64,000 bases of DNA from Podarcis bocagei. Lineage: Eukaryota. Positions within the stretch are counted from its first letter, which is position 1, and each line of letters starts with the position of its first letter. The position numbers were made by a program, and so were the translations under genes. A model generated the notes under the pieces. It was not told the origin of the DNA. It saw only the letters and a program-made list of their open reading frames with translations, and made no database searches. Positions 13,691 through 28,327 of this stretch are shown here, one piece after another. Where the stretch lies: assembly GCA_964188305.1 (NCBI GenBank), contig OZ076887.1; one strand, written 5' to 3'.

Positions 13691-14622
13691 TCTTGAATCA
13701 CATCATTAAGATGTTTTGCTCTCATTCAAACCTTTGGGATCTGGTAGGCTGAGAATTTAAGAAATTATTCCCCCCTCCCCAAATAATTTTACTGGTTTTC
13801 ATGTAAATACAAGAACAACATATAACTACAGTAACTTGTCCAGTGGCACATCCTTAGAAATTGTTGTTTTTAAAGTATTCATTCCACAGTGTGAGCTTGC
13901 ACTGTTTGTTCACACAGTTTTATACTGTACAGAGAAAACACAATATACATAATTGATCTGAATGTTTCTTTTGACTTTCGGCTTTGAAACATGAAATTCA
14001 GGAAAAATGTGACAATAGCTCAATACTGCACTTTTCCCACCTTCAAAACAATGAGAAGAAAATGAACATTTCTTTTGCACACCTCTGGAAAGTGTCTGCA
14101 TAAGTGTTATCTCTCTTCTTCTTCTTCTTCTTATCTGAACAAGAATGATCAGCATTCAGCTATGTTCCCAGCTGACTTCTTTAAGAAGGAAAATAGCTGA
14201 ATACCCACATCGGCCACAGAACAGATCTACAGAATAATTTACAAGTTGAAGAATGTAGTTGAGTAGGTTGTAGGCTTGGGAATTGGCAACTAAGAGGCTC
14301 AGAGAAATATTATGTGATATTTTATAGTGTAATCATACAGATTTTATTGTGGTACTCAGATAACATACCACAAGGGCCAATTCAGACCTTAATTTATTAG
14401 TTGGAACAGCTGATGTGAGAATCATTCGCACTTCTGTTTTTCCACTAATGAAGTCATATATGAAACATTGCCACATGAATCTGACCCATAAAGGAGTTCC
14501 ATGGGCACAAGAGTTTGGGTCAGAACACAACTCCGCCTGCAAGATCTGTTTATCAGTGATGGGGACATTAAGAGGGAAACAGAAGCAGGAGTATTTCTTG
14601 TGTTTGTCGTTCCCACTTATGA

Positions 14623-14845
14623 TAGGTTGCCTTATTTCAAAAAGTGAAAATTTGTTGAGCTTTTTTGGCAAATTTGTTGAGCTTTTTTAGACAAAAGCTG
14701 GGTTTTTTAAAATTCCAATGTGGGCCGCCATATGCCCGGATTTTCCCAGATATTTTAACAGATTTCTGAAAATTCCCCTGGACGCTATTTTCGGCAGACA
14801 ACTCCCAGATATGTCCAGGAAATTCTGGACGTATGGCAGCCCTAA
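14623..14845. mobile_element. hAT-type MITE (TAGG(G)TTGCC...GGCAGCCCTA termini)
   Basis: Imperfect TIRs flanked by the 8-bp direct repeat ACTTATGA (14615-14622, 14846-14853). CpG-containing CCGG/TCCAG subterminal motifs. Confidence 0.75.
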
Positions 14846-15521
14846 ACTTATGAAGTAAGCATCCAAATTGACCATAAGTCAACTGGTGCTTGTTCACATC
14901 TATGAAAGTACAAAGGAACCTGTTCCAGCACTGGTGGCACTGAAAATGCTCTCATGAAACCAAATCATCAGTTTCTATTATACTGCCCCTTTCCAGGTAG
15001 CTACAAACTCATCCTTGGGCCTGGATACTCTGGGGTGCTGTATTATTGCATAATAAGTATGCATTATATAGTGACTGCTAAAATGCTAGTAACCAAAGTA
15101 GCTTTTCATAATGAAAACATTTGTGCTTGAGAAAGTGACTTAAGAATCAAACATAGTTTGTTACTCCACAAATCCAAGAGGTGCCTAATGAAGTTGTCCG
15201 CAATTTTTCAGCATTACCATGGCAAGCATGTATGGTTTGGATTATATTGCTGTCAGTTATTAAAGTGAGTCACTCAATAATTAGATATTAAAATTAGACC
15301 TTAAAACTGTGTTTCAGGTTTGTAGAGTGATTATGTGGGTGTACTAATTTGGAGACATTTTCTCCTATTGCACATATAGCACTTAACTTGTGAGATCTAA
15401 AGGACTTTTCAGCCTCTGTAAAAGATGGAGTATTGATATATTCCAGTTTCTTGTATCATCAGTTTTCGACACACCGAGAAGTCAACCTTGATGCTAAATC
15501 GTACCTCCTGTTTTTGATTAG

Positions 15522-15628
15522 CCCCTATGGGTCTTGCAGATATGATGACTCCAGGCGAGTCCAAACTGCCCATCCCTCTCAAGCCAGATGGAAAAGAAGA
15601 TGGGCCTCCTCAGTTTGAGAGCAAAAAG
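15522..15628 (+). CDS. ARID1B: ARID1B coding exon (107 nt; [36 protein letters not shown])
   Basis: Acceptor tttttgattag, donor AAG|gtactt. Matches recalled human [37 protein letters not shown]. Phase 1 to 0. Missed by the ORF track in this frame. Confidence 0.93.
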
Positions 15629-16379
15629 GTACTTCCCTCACCTGCATGTGATGTTGGTTTGGCGCAGCAGAACTCTGCTATTTTGTCCTTCATTCTCTGA
15701 TTTGAGCTTGCCCTTTTCTGTTCTATCCCGCATGCTCTTTTCCATTCACATGCAATCTGGTTTTTTTATGTTGTTTTATTTTCTTCCCCTCATTGTGTGG
15801 ATCTGAAAGTTACTAGTTCTTATGGCATTGTAACTCGCGGGGGCAAGGGAACATATGGAAAACCTTGTGGGGAAATTGAGCTACGCCACTGGGTGCGCGG
15901 GGGGCGGGGATGGGTCTTACCTTGGTACTTACAGCCATTTCCTCTATCTTCGGTTATAGCTTCCTGTTTTGGCCGTTTCAGCAGCAGCATACTTTTGCTT
16001 TCCTGCCTTATTTGATAAAAATAAGGTGAACAGCTTTATTTATTTTTTTCTCTTTATTTCATAAGGGGAAACCCATGCTTGATACTCCATTTAGCTTGAG
16101 GGAAGCATGGTGGCATAGCGACTTCAGCCAAGCATCCAGCAAACTTTCCAAATTATATAATAATGTCGTTTTGATAATTTACGTATTATCTATCTATATA
16201 TTTATTTATTTACATGTATATGTGTTTTCTGTGTGTGTCTCTGTGTGTTTCTCTCTCTCTATGTTTTATATAGTTAAAAAGAAAAAAAAATGGTCAATCT
16301 GTTTAAACTGGATGTATTTTTTTCATTTTTAATAAAGTTTGCCCTGCCTTTGTCCTCTTTTTTTATTCCTCTACCACAG

Positions 16380-16538
16380 GATAGCTACATCTCTCNNNNN
16401 NNNNNNNNNNNNNNNNNNNNNNNNNNNNNNNNNNNNNNNNNNNNNNNNNNNNNNNNNNNNNNNNNNNNNNNNNNNNNNNNNNNNNNNNNNNNNNNNNNNN
16501 NNNNNNNNNNNNNNNNNNNNNNNNNNNNNNNNNNNNNN
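16380..16538 (+). CDS. ARID1B: ARID1B cassette exon (DSY.SQ...), only the first 16 nt visible; remainder in N gap, end inferred
   Basis: Long polypyrimidine tract plus ccacag acceptor, then GAT AGC TAC ATC TCT C (DSYIS). Recalled human exon DSYSSQGISQPPTPG...PKTPSSP is 53 codons (159 nt) and would end inside the 164-N gap. Confidence 0.75.
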
Positions 16539-16559
16539 NNNNNNNNNNNNNNNNNNNNN
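16396..16559. other. Assembly gap (164 N)
   Basis: Run of N. Confidence 1.
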
Positions 16560-19500
16560 TTTGGTTTTTTTGTACTTATTATATTTTAATGCTTGCTTGT
16601 TTGTTTTATAGATTCTTTCCTTCATTATTTATCCACTAAAGGATTTTCTTTCTTTGTAATGACAGAGGAGGCTAAATTCTGCCCTAAGTTATGTTCCTGC
16701 AGCTCATTGTTTGACTCGGTTCTAGGGGGGAACAGAGCTTGCTTGGCTGAGGGCAAAATTTAGTCCAGTCCTTTTATATAAAAAGAAGATTAAATTTATG
16801 TATATCACAGAAGTTGGCTTTTCTTGTAATACAGCAGATGTTGTGAAGAAAACATATTTCTCATAATGCATCAGCTTACAGAGCATGCTAACTGTGTTGG
16901 TTAAGGACATTTTGTCTCAGTTACTGGGTCCAAACTCTTTGCAAAATTGTTTCCCCCCCATTTGGGTGTTGAGTAGCATTACCATCTAAAAACAGGAATA
17001 AAACTCTCCTTTCTTGAGGAATTGGGTGATTTCTGAGTGTACATTATAGTTTGGAGCAATCATAATCTCCAAATACCCAAACCTGTTTGCTGTCATAAAA
17101 ATATTATACAGGATAAAATTGTATTTATACATTACAGGAAAGTTACTTTTTCAATTTGACAGTATCCACTTGCACTTAAAAAACACATGTAGTCTTCAGA
17201 TAGCATTGTAGTTTCAGAAGTATTTGTTCATTAAACACAAAATGATTTTGAATAGGATGATGCTGAAATAAAACTGCTAGCACATTTTTCAAACCTAAGC
17301 AGGGTCTGCTATGGATTCAAATTGCATTGCAGGAGGTTGGACTAGATTACCCTTGGGATCCCTTCCAATTCTACAGTTCTTTAATTCAACTAAACAATTG
17401 TTCTAGTGGAAGCCGGCACAAGTCCTGCTAATGCAATGGGGCTTCCACCCCATGTTCTCCTCTTGTACCCACCATGCTCCCGACCCAGATTGGCTCTGGG
17501 AGGTTGGGAGACACACACACCCCGGAACAATGCAGAGGGGAGGAGAGGGGAATTTGTTCCATCTAGCAACCCAAAGTGCTTTCGCTGACAGAACGATCAT
17601 AATGTTGAATTCCTCCTAAAATCTTAACATGTTTTATTTAACCACTGCAATTTCGTTAGACAAATAAATAACTTACTTTAAATAAATTTTGGAGTCCTGA
17701 CAGCATGAAGAATGGGATGTTCATGTCATCAGTTGCAATGATCACTAAACATACTGAAGGGTCTTCAGTTAAATCCTAATTTTCACCAGGACACCTTAAT
17801 GGAAAAGAAAATTCCAGAAGACAATAAGAGAAAATATTGTATAAAGGGTTTGGAGGGGGGAATGATCTCTAAGAAGATATTTTTGTTTAAAAATATTTTA
17901 TTAGTATCTGATTTCATCAGACAAATACTTGATCCAAACTTAGAAAAAGACATGCAGCTGACTCCCAAAACAGCAGCACTTGATCTAGTTTCCACCTCTA
18001 TGCTGTCTAATACAAGGACATACCAATTCCCCGATTTTCTAGTCTTCTGCATTTCCCTGTACCACTCCATATCACTGGTGGCCATTGGCAGAGAGACACT
18101 GAATATGATTATATTAAGGCACATGTACTAGTGGGAAGCTGCCAGCCCATGAACCAGATGAGAACTGAGGGGCTTCCGCAACCAAACCACACACACAGGC
18201 TTGAAAATAACCTTCCATTGGAGCCACAGGAAGGCTATTCTCAAGCCTAATTGCCACACCAGAAGGAACACACTACAGCTCCACTTCCCAAACTCACCAC
18301 CTTCACCTGCTGCAATTGGACTTGAAAATAGCCTCCTGCTGGTGCGGTGCCAAACAATGGCTGTGTTCAGTCTCCATCAACCCAGCTGCAATCTCCATTA
18401 AGATCACTCTCGCTGGCAATCAGGCATGTAAAAACTAGAATTCCCCTTTTAAGCCTAATTGCTTTGGGCTGGGGTGGGTGTGATATATGGTCTACATTTG
18501 GGTGCCCACTGTGACCCTTACCCACTTTTGTTTTGACAACACTCGTGACTTCCAGAAGGTTGTCTATGGGATAGCATACCCTAGGGCTGAAAAAGGTTCC
18601 CCAACTTTGTATTAGACATTATGGAAAAGGTCACGGTTGATATACATACAGCTGCTGCTTTTAATGACAGCCATGTGTTTATCTGGTTTGGTTCGTGAAG
18701 ATTAAAACAATCCGGTGTCCCAAAAATGAAAAACAATATTTCCAGGCAAACTGTTTCTCTTAACAGTAGATTGCTAAGCTTTTATCAGTGGGCAAAATGA
18801 ATACCAGCACAAAAGTCACATGCAAAAAGAAAAAGAAAGGTAACTAATATTTTAAATAAGTGCATTATGTTCTGGAGGGTTTTTGGAGATATGTGCTCGT
18901 AGCCCTTAGTGTGAAAGCATCAACAAAAGTAGAGAGGAACTAGGGAAAGAGGGCAATGACTTTGAGTCTCAGAAGGCATATGGTGGTGTGTGTTCCCTCT
19001 AATGTCAAAACTGGCCATGCCTGAATGCTTATCTAAATGGACAACTCTACAAAGAAGAAATTTATTGTATTTTCTTGAGTATTTTACTTTTTCTTAAATG
19101 GGCACAGAGAGGCATTAAGTGCATAGACAGTCTTTTTAAATATTTCTGGAAATGCAGAACATCTTTACGGTAGTAAATATGTATTCATGAGTTCTTTAAG
19201 CTGTTATTCATCCCCAGGGGAGCCTGTTAGAAATGCATGTTTTGTTTCCGCATAAATTAAAGAGAACCATTTCAGATTTTTTTTGGGATAGAGAAGGTGG
19301 GAGTAATTACCTTTCTGTTTTCAATTTAGAGTAAACACTTCAGATATAGTTCTTAGAATTTATTGTAAAACTTTTTCCGAAGACATATCTATGATTTGAT
19401 TGAGTTTAAAAGTAATAAGGAACCAGAAAAGAAATAACTTGGGTTAGGTATATATTCTTCCTTTTACCATAATCCTTTGATTTCAGTGAAAATTATTTCA

Positions 19501-22500
19501 AAGAAGCAAATTTCAGATCAGGGTGCTAAACTATATAGATATATTTGGGCTACCAAATTATCTGGTTATCAGATTTTACTAACCTTATCAATTATCAGAT
19601 CTGGGTGTTCAGGATAGCAGCTTTGTATTCTTTATATCAATTGGCTGGAAGATACCAAAAACATCTGATCAGATTCTTCACATATTTCTAGCAGAGAGTG
19701 AGTTCTAGAGCTGGCATGCTTTTCAGGAAAATATGAAGACACTGGGTTGAGTAATTATCTACTGAGAGAATTTCAAACTGGGTATCTTCAATTCTGCTGT
19801 TAATAGGATCAGTTTATGTTTACTCTGTGTACATAAATAGAATAGCAATAAATGGCATATTTGAGAGAATATGTGTGTGAGCACACAAATTCGGAACTCT
19901 TAAATTCTTCACTGTGGGTATCATCAGTATACAAAGCCAAGTATCTGTAGTACCCCGAAGGCATACCGAGAAGGGCTGCTAGTCAGTGGCACATGATTTG
20001 CATGCAAAAGGTCTCATCCCTAGTGTTTCCAGGTAGAAGTGGGAAAGACTCCCACCTGAGAGCTGCTGCTAGTCAGTGTTGACAATACTAAGCTACACCT
20101 GGTCTTAATATAAAGTATCTTCCTATATTTGAAGAGATACACATTGCTTCCCTCCAGGGGCCTCTGCCGTACACAGCCTTTCTGTGTACACAGATTCTGC
20201 CTCACACAATGAGAGTCATTTCCCCCATTAATATATAACTTAGAGTGAACATGTAAGATAGCCAGCAATCACCAAGGAATGTTAACAATACCCCATGTGT
20301 TCAATTAATGTCCAGATATACAGAGATAAGTTAGTAAATGTGGACAACACTATAATAGTTATAATAAACAATTACTAGTTTAGCTACCATTCTGGAAATT
20401 GACCAGATATATGCAAGATAGTCTATGGATTTTGGCCATGCACAATAACATATACAAATTACAGGATGGTAAATGCTCCCCCAATGAAGGCTATGCAGTC
20501 TTCAGAATTTTTCAGGCACTCAAAATTTGATGTGCACTGAACTTTGCTATAGTTCACCTGTGACTATTTATTGCTAGATGCACATGCTTGCAGAGGTGTG
20601 TTGCATGAACACATGGGAACAAATGTTCACTACAATGTAACTGTTGAGAACAGACAGGTTTGGAATAATAAATGCACAACTACTGTCCACGTACATCAGC
20701 ATACTTTTCCAGTCACAAATGTTTTAAATACTGGATAACACACATCTGATACAGAAATTATATTATTTACTCATCTTGTTTCAGAAGGCTTTCATCAAGC
20801 AATACTGTACTTTTGGTTAACTTAATACCAGCACAATGACTTTACTTACCCTGCTGTACATCAACAAAACCATTTGAGGCTACATTCATTATTTTTTACT
20901 ATTTACTCCCGCTTTAATTTTTGCACTGACTTCAGTTCATAGTTTATCGATTTTACAATGCAATAAATATTAGAATTGTGAAGTATAAAACTTTACTTGA
21001 AGGAAGTATGTTCTATAGGCAGAATCTGGCCATACAAAGCTTCTGTAATCTGTGCTTGACCAAGCAGTTGCACGTGCAAAATGTGAAATTTTTAATGTTT
21101 TTAGCTGTGGGGTGCAGACAGCAGAAATCAAGCCCTCTGTGGAAAGATTTTTTCCTTATTCTTCTGAAGTTAATATTTCATTTTAGAGGAAAATTGCACC
21201 CACTTCACTGAGCTTGACAGCCTGAAAGCTCCTGCAGTGAGAAGCCCTTCTTTCCTTCTGTAAATAGTAATGTTTTCAGATTATGTTGTCACTTTGTGGC
21301 CTGTTGCCATCTCTTTGAAAAGTGACTTTTCTTTATGTAGACAGTACAAGTGCCCAGCAAAGAAAAGACGGTAAACTACTTCCCCTTTTTTGATGATATA
21401 GCTTTATAAGAAGAAGTATTTCACTGTGTAAAATTGAAAAACCTTTGTTTGGCCATTAAGTCTGAATGTTTCTTGTAATAGGCAATTGGAATGGCAGCTG
21501 AGTGAAAAATTATTAAGGGTTATATTATTAAGGGATAACATGTGCTGCAAGTATTGAGCATGTGGAATCACAAGTAAGAAAATATAAAAAATAATTAACA
21601 ATAGTAGTGTTGGCTGCAATAATTAGTTGTTTGGGGACAATAAATCATTTCTTTGTTTGCTTCCCTGCATTCCAAATATATTGACGTATCCAAAATGATA
21701 TTGTGAATATATGTGAAATATCTATAGCCCTTTTTGCCTTTTTAAAAATTCAATAAAATAGCTTACTATGCAATTGTTTTTAAGGGCAAAGTTGATAAAG
21801 AATTAATATCCTCCTAAATTAAGCAGTAGGAAAGGCAATAAGATGTGCCACATTCTCCTGTTGCAACCCTCCATTTGCATCTAGTAAACCCCAATTCAAC
21901 CTAAGTAATTAATAAGTGTCCCTTTGGTAAATATGCTAAAAGCAAATTGATACTGTCCTTTATTTCAGAATGTGACCAACAACTTTACATAAGAAGCATC
22001 ACTGCGAATAAATGAGAATTTTGTATATAAAGCAAAAAAGTTTTATAGAGCCAAGGTGATTTGGTTAATTAAAAACAATGGACTCCATCCCAAGCAGGGA
22101 AGTCAGTGAAACAAGATGAGACCTTGGCAACTGCCCCAACATCAAGCAACTATTGCTGTCATCATTTTAAAGAGTTTTTGCCCCTTCAGCTTCACATGCA
22201 GGTGGTACAAAGGGATGTAGGGGAAGAAATGATATGTCATGTTTGAATGACTCGAGACAGTTAGGGTTTCATAAACAACACAGAATTAGAATTGAGCTCA
22301 GAAGACCATAGGAAGACCCTAGAAAACTGATAAAAGGTACTTTTGACAGCTCATGCACTGCAATTGAGTGAGAACATTTTTAATAACCGTGTTGACTTAC
22401 TTTTACCAACTTTTTAGCCAGATATAGCAAGAAACCAGATTTGGCAAAATTGATTTGACCTGTTCCATTCTACGATTATTTCTTCAGAAGTGTAGGTTTC

Positions 22501-22912
22501 CCACCCTTAGCTCTTTACTCTCATATCTGGTGGCATTCATTTTAAGGTGAATTTCCAAGCAATCTTTTTTCTTTTCCTCCTATATCATATAGCTTAATGA
22601 AAGTACGTTATGAATGACTTGAGGCATCATCAGAAACTTGCCTTCTGAGATCCAAAGTTCATGTATAAGGGCAAAACATAAAAAATAATAAAAGGGGGAG
22701 TTTGGGCCCTTTGTTTTACCAAATCAGATGAGCAAACTGCAGCATGTGGACAGAATGTATTGTATGTGCCTGAACTAGTAGCCTTCATTCCTGCCTGTTG
22801 TGTGATAGCTTTAGTTTAACATCCTCTCTTTGTCACCATTGTGAGTTTCTTACTATCTTTTCCCTTCTTGCCCCCTACCCCAATGCTTTTTTAAAAAATG
22901 CTTTTGCTTTAG

Positions 22913-23122
22913 AAATCAAATTCGTCTACCACAACTGGAGAGAAGATCACAAAAATGTATGAGCTGGGAAACGAACCAGAGCGCCGAATGTGGGTGGATC
23001 GGTATCTCAACTTCATGGAAGAGAGGGGAACGCCTGTGGCCAGTCTACCTGCTGTAGGCAAGAAGCCACTAGATCTTTTCAGGCTGTATGTCTGTGTTAA
23101 GGAGATTGGAGGTTTAGCACAG
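22913..23122 (+). CDS. ARID1B: ARID1B coding exon (210 nt), ARID domain N-half ([32 protein letters not shown]...KEIGGLAQ)
   Basis: Acceptor ttttgctttag, donor CAG|gtaaga. ARID motif [24 protein letters not shown]. Phase 0 to 0. Confidence 0.98.
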
Positions 23123-24216
23123 GTAAGAAATTCTTATGTCTTGGTGTTCGTTGGCATCCATCTGTCTGGTGAAGTCAGACCGCTGTGTTAGCAGCACCCA
23201 GGTCTAAGAACCAGGGCTATTCTGGATTTATTAAGCATATGTGCGTAAGAATTTTCTTGGCTAGCATATAGATATTAGAAACTATAAATAATAATTATGT
23301 CTTTCCACTACAGCTATAGACGATACATCTCAGTATACCATTTCTGTGAAAAATGCACAAGTGTCTGTTTTGTCATATGCACCTGTGTTTCAGAGCAGTA
23401 TTGGAATTTAGTTTGCAAGAATTCACATGGTATACACTTCTTTCTCATCACAAGCACAGAAAAATGTCATTGTGCAGCTCTAAGACTTACAGGCTTTGAT
23501 ATCGTACGGCATAAAGCAAGATTCATTCTAGTCGGCCACCATATGTAAGGCTTTCAATAAGGAAACTCACTGAATCACCTTAGTATGTTCAAAATTGGTT
23601 ATAATTCATTTTGAATCTTGTTTGACTGTATATTTTGTTCTGCAAAGAGACCACAGATCTCCATCACAAGAAGCCCTGGCATTACAGCACCTGAATTAGG
23701 AATTACTAGCTAAATGATCCTTCAACTAGTGGCTATTTTAGAAGAGACACGGCCTTTCGTTTTTATTTTTTATATCAATGTCAAAGCACTTCAGCAGTGA
23801 AAAAAGGCTTTATTATTGCCATTTTAAATTAGTTTTTAGAAACTGTTGTTTATAATTGGAGTCTGCATGCTTGTTTGAGTGCCAGAGTGAACGAATAAGT
23901 ACATATTAGTTGGAAGATAGATTGGCTAACTGCACATTACAAGCCCCAGCCCTCCCCAAAGTGTAAAGAGTAGAGAAGGGATGCCTGGCAGAAGATACTG
24001 TGTTTTGTATAGCTATCAACAGGTTCTTTAATGGTTTTATAAGTGTAAATGCTGTTTGTGTGTTACAAATGAGTGTGGGAGTAATGAGCATTAGTTAAAA
24101 GAGGCAAATAAAACAAATAAACCAAGGCATTAAGTGCTGTGTTTTTTAAAATGTCTCCTGGCTTTCATCAGTCCACTTGGTTTCAATCCACTGATTTTGC
24201 TATTTATTTATGCTAG

Positions 24217-24555
<339 letters not shown>

Positions 24556-24689
24556 TAATCTTCAGCAACCTATATAACCTATATGCTTTCATATTGACAT
24601 TTGCAGAAATATGTTGTGTGTTCACCTACACTTCATCATTTGTACAGAACATGGTGACATTTTTGGTGGTGATAGGCAACAAAGATTGC

Positions 24690-25020
24690 ACTTTAGAGGA
24701 GGGGAAGACCCTGGAACAAAAACGTACAGTAGGTTGAAGTTTGAGAGAGAAAGCAGCAGGGGAAGGCAGAGAAAGTGAATGAGAGCTGGCAGAAAAGAAG
24801 AAGAAGGAATAGAGGGCTGAGGGAAGGCGGAACAATGGTTGCTTCAATAATGAATATGTCAGAACAATGAGGAAAGGATATTGAGGGAGATGAGTTGAAA
24901 GACAGGGAGGAATCAGGAATGGGAGCAGTTAGTGGATGCAGAAGGAAGTGAGAGGGTTGTGATGGTAGAGATCACATGGGCAAGGAACAAAGAGACCAAG
25001 AGCACAGGTGGGTGGCAGAG
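24690..25020 (-). mobile_element. Ancient L2-like LINE fragment (purine-rich on + strand)
   Basis: Minus strand resembles the decayed L2 'T..LDPIPS.L...ISP..' region. Weak. Confidence 0.4.
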
Positions 25021-25712
25021 GCATCAGCCCTTGTTTTTTTTCTTTGAGGACTAGTGCTAGCTTCTGTTTGGCACTGTAGAAGTTGTTTGCTAATGTCTCA
25101 GAATATATTATTTACAGTTACAAGAAATGCAGAGGCCAGGTTTAGCAACAGATAGCTTGACACAGGAGCTCGGTCCCCAGGTTTTCCCCCCAGATGATAG
25201 TATTAAAAACAACAGCCCATATGATCAGTGGCTCTTATCTACTCCTTCTTCAGTATTATTTATATGTGAGGTGTGTGTGTCAGAAGTTCAGCCTACACTC
25301 GAGTAGGGCCCTGGCAGAGACACATGCCCAACTGGCATGTTCCCTCCCTCCTGGTCGATTGTTCTGGAGCTTCATAAGCTTTCTTCAGCCCAAACATCAC
25401 ATTGACCGATGCCAACCGACACTGGCACACTTAGGGATCCGCAGAGTTTGCGCATCGTGCGTGACAGACCTCAGCAACTCAGCATTTTGGCTAATCTACT
25501 TTATTTACATATAAACACACAGAGCACATGTCTCTCTCTCTCTCTAGCAACAGACAGCAAAGAGAAAAAGGACAAAGGACAATAGTCCCACTTCACGGAA
25601 CACAGTAACACAAACATCCTGTCTTCGTTACTTCCCACTCTGTGGAGTCAAAACATACCATGTCATGTGAAAGACAAAAATCCCATGACTGCAATTATGG
25701 AACAGGAATTCT

Positions 25713-25715
<3 letters not shown>

Positions 25716-25760
<45 letters not shown>
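25716..25760. repeat. (TG)n microsatellite
   Basis: Direct reading; it explains the spurious poly-VC/poly-HT ORFs. Confidence 0.95.
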
Positions 25761-25762
<2 letters not shown>

Positions 25763-28327
25763 ACCTGCCACAATTCCCTTTTGTGGCCTGTTTAGAACTA
25801 AGAGGTCAGTTTCTACACAAGAGAAACTGGACACAAATCTGACAACAAAAATCTCAACATTCAGAAACCAGCAGGAGAACATTTCATTTTCCCATGTCAC
25901 TACACTGCTGACCTCTCAGCATCGTCAAAGTTAACATCCTTCAACAAAAAAGACTTAACGCAGAGGCTCCAGTGTGAAACTGCTGGACCAAAATGTTATC
26001 AGTAAAGTAGATTCTATTCAATTTGGGCTTAATCAGTATTCTGGATTTCTTTCCCACTACAGTTCTTAAATTACAGTAAAAAGATAGTATTATCACAGTG
26101 GCTGCTGTTATGAATGGGGTATACTGTTCTTATCATATATACATCTGGGCTCTGTATAGGAGTGTCACAGACCTACTGCAACCCCTTATATTACATGACC
26201 ACTGCTTTAAAAAAACAATTTTTCCTCTGTGCCCATGCATGTGTGTTTGCATGTATGTGTGTCTGCCAACTGAGGGTAACGTTTCGTTCATTTATTGAAG
26301 TGGGCTGAAGCCCATAAGAGCATATGCCATAATAAAACTAAGTCTTAAGTGTCCTAAGATTTTTTGTTCCAGTGTTGTTTATTCTTTTCCTAAATTAATT
26401 AAATCACTGGCAACAAATTAACATATTTTGAACTAGAGCAATTTTGCCTTTTTTGGTATGGGATCGTATATCCATTCATAAATACCTTCAAATATACCTT
26501 CTTGTCCATTTTTTAATGTGGTGCGCATTATGGTAGGAAAATTCATTTCCAGCTATGACGAGAAGTATTATTTTTCCTTCACAAAAATTAGGAAACTTTG
26601 ATAGCAATTTAGTGTCCTTTTATTGCAACATATAAACCCTCTGGAAAGACAGAAAACCAAAGTAAAAAGATACAGTTGCATGCCATCCCTATCTCCAAGT
26701 GGTGTGAGATTCCAGGTGCCTACCCAGGGTTCTTGTTTCCTTCTGGAAATGTGGCACAGCGGAGACTGTGGTGTCTCAATGATATATGGTTTATGTACAC
26801 ATATATACAACCTGAGCCTACGATGGAGGGGTTCACAGCATCACCACACCAACAACAGTATTGTGTCTCCAATTGCCACAATCTTGGATTCAAGCAGAAA
26901 TGAGCCATGGCTTTCTCTCTGCCTTTCCAGCCTGCAGCTTTTTCCTCTTCGTCACATCACAGCAAACTGCCCTCAGACTTTTTGCTTCTCACTATCTAAA
27001 AGGTAGAGGAGGGAGCCCATCCATTTGCTGACTGGCACAGAGCCCCCTTTCCTCTGTTCTCTTTAGGGCCTATCACATTTCCTTTGTTCCAGTGGCCCAT
27101 CACCCATGTGGTTGCCTCAACACAGGAAGCTACCCTTGCTTATATTTTAACATTTGCTGCGTCCAGGGGTTAGAATGGGTCTGACACCCACAAACGTACA
27201 ACAAGAAGAATTAGTGTTAGGATTCCCCACCCCACCCCTGTGCAACTGAACCTCTCTTTACCTCTTATCACCACTCCTTACACCTCTATACCCTCTTACT
27301 GGCATGAAACTGACAGATTTCAAGTACAAAATATATCATCAACAGCACTGTACTTAGTTCAAAGAACTTGTTTTTGGTCAAAATGGAAACTTCTTCCCAC
27401 ACACCCCGAAAACCCCCAGAGCTTAGGGACTTGAAAAGGAAGGTGTGTTTTGTTTACTGTGGAAGAGGGAAATGTAAAATGGGTCTACACCAAGAAAGAC
27501 TCTTCTAGATGAAAAAACTTTAGCACATGAAATCCTGCTGAGGTATAGATTCTGCAAAATGCAATAAGGACTGGTCTCCTAATTGCCAGCATTTGTTCTT
27601 TTCAAACAGTTTATGAACCCATTGGCACTGTAAACCACACAAAAGAACTCATGTTGCAAGTTGGGCTAGATAAACTTGCTGTGGCTTCGGAGCAGAATAA
27701 TATACGACTAAAAACAGGAAACAGTCCTGTCGGTGTTTCTGCTTTCACTCCTTTGAACTACGTTTTACTAGTACAAAGTCAATTACCAAACAGATTTCTC
27801 ATCAGCATCTGCTGAAAGTAGGAAAGAGAATTTATATATGAGACTAAATTATGCTCTCCAGTTTCCTCCTAGCCACTTCACTGGCTGTATTTAAGATATA
27901 ATTAAATTTCATTTTAAATACAGTACTAGTGTTTGAAATGTCTCACTTTTGATACTGGTTTACACTGTGTTTTGAATCTTCTCCCCCCACCCCTGTTCCA
28001 CTGAAAGTGGTTTTGGGGTCTAACTTCAGCCAAATAATAGTGTCTTACAATGTACATTGTATGTTTCATTTTTACATGTTCAGTATTTAAGACTGAAATG
28101 CCAGCACACTATTTTACAGCTGTCCTGGGCTCTTTGAAAAAGGATGCTAATATTTCAACTTGAAAATTAGAAAGGTGTTCTAAATATGGATGCTAGCTTT
28201 CATATGTTTCATTATATTAAGAATATGGACAAATGAGTCTTTGCCATGAGCGTGGCAATAAATTATTTTAAAAAATAATTAGATTTATTTATTTTTCATT
28301 ACAATATTGAGTACATCACATCATATA

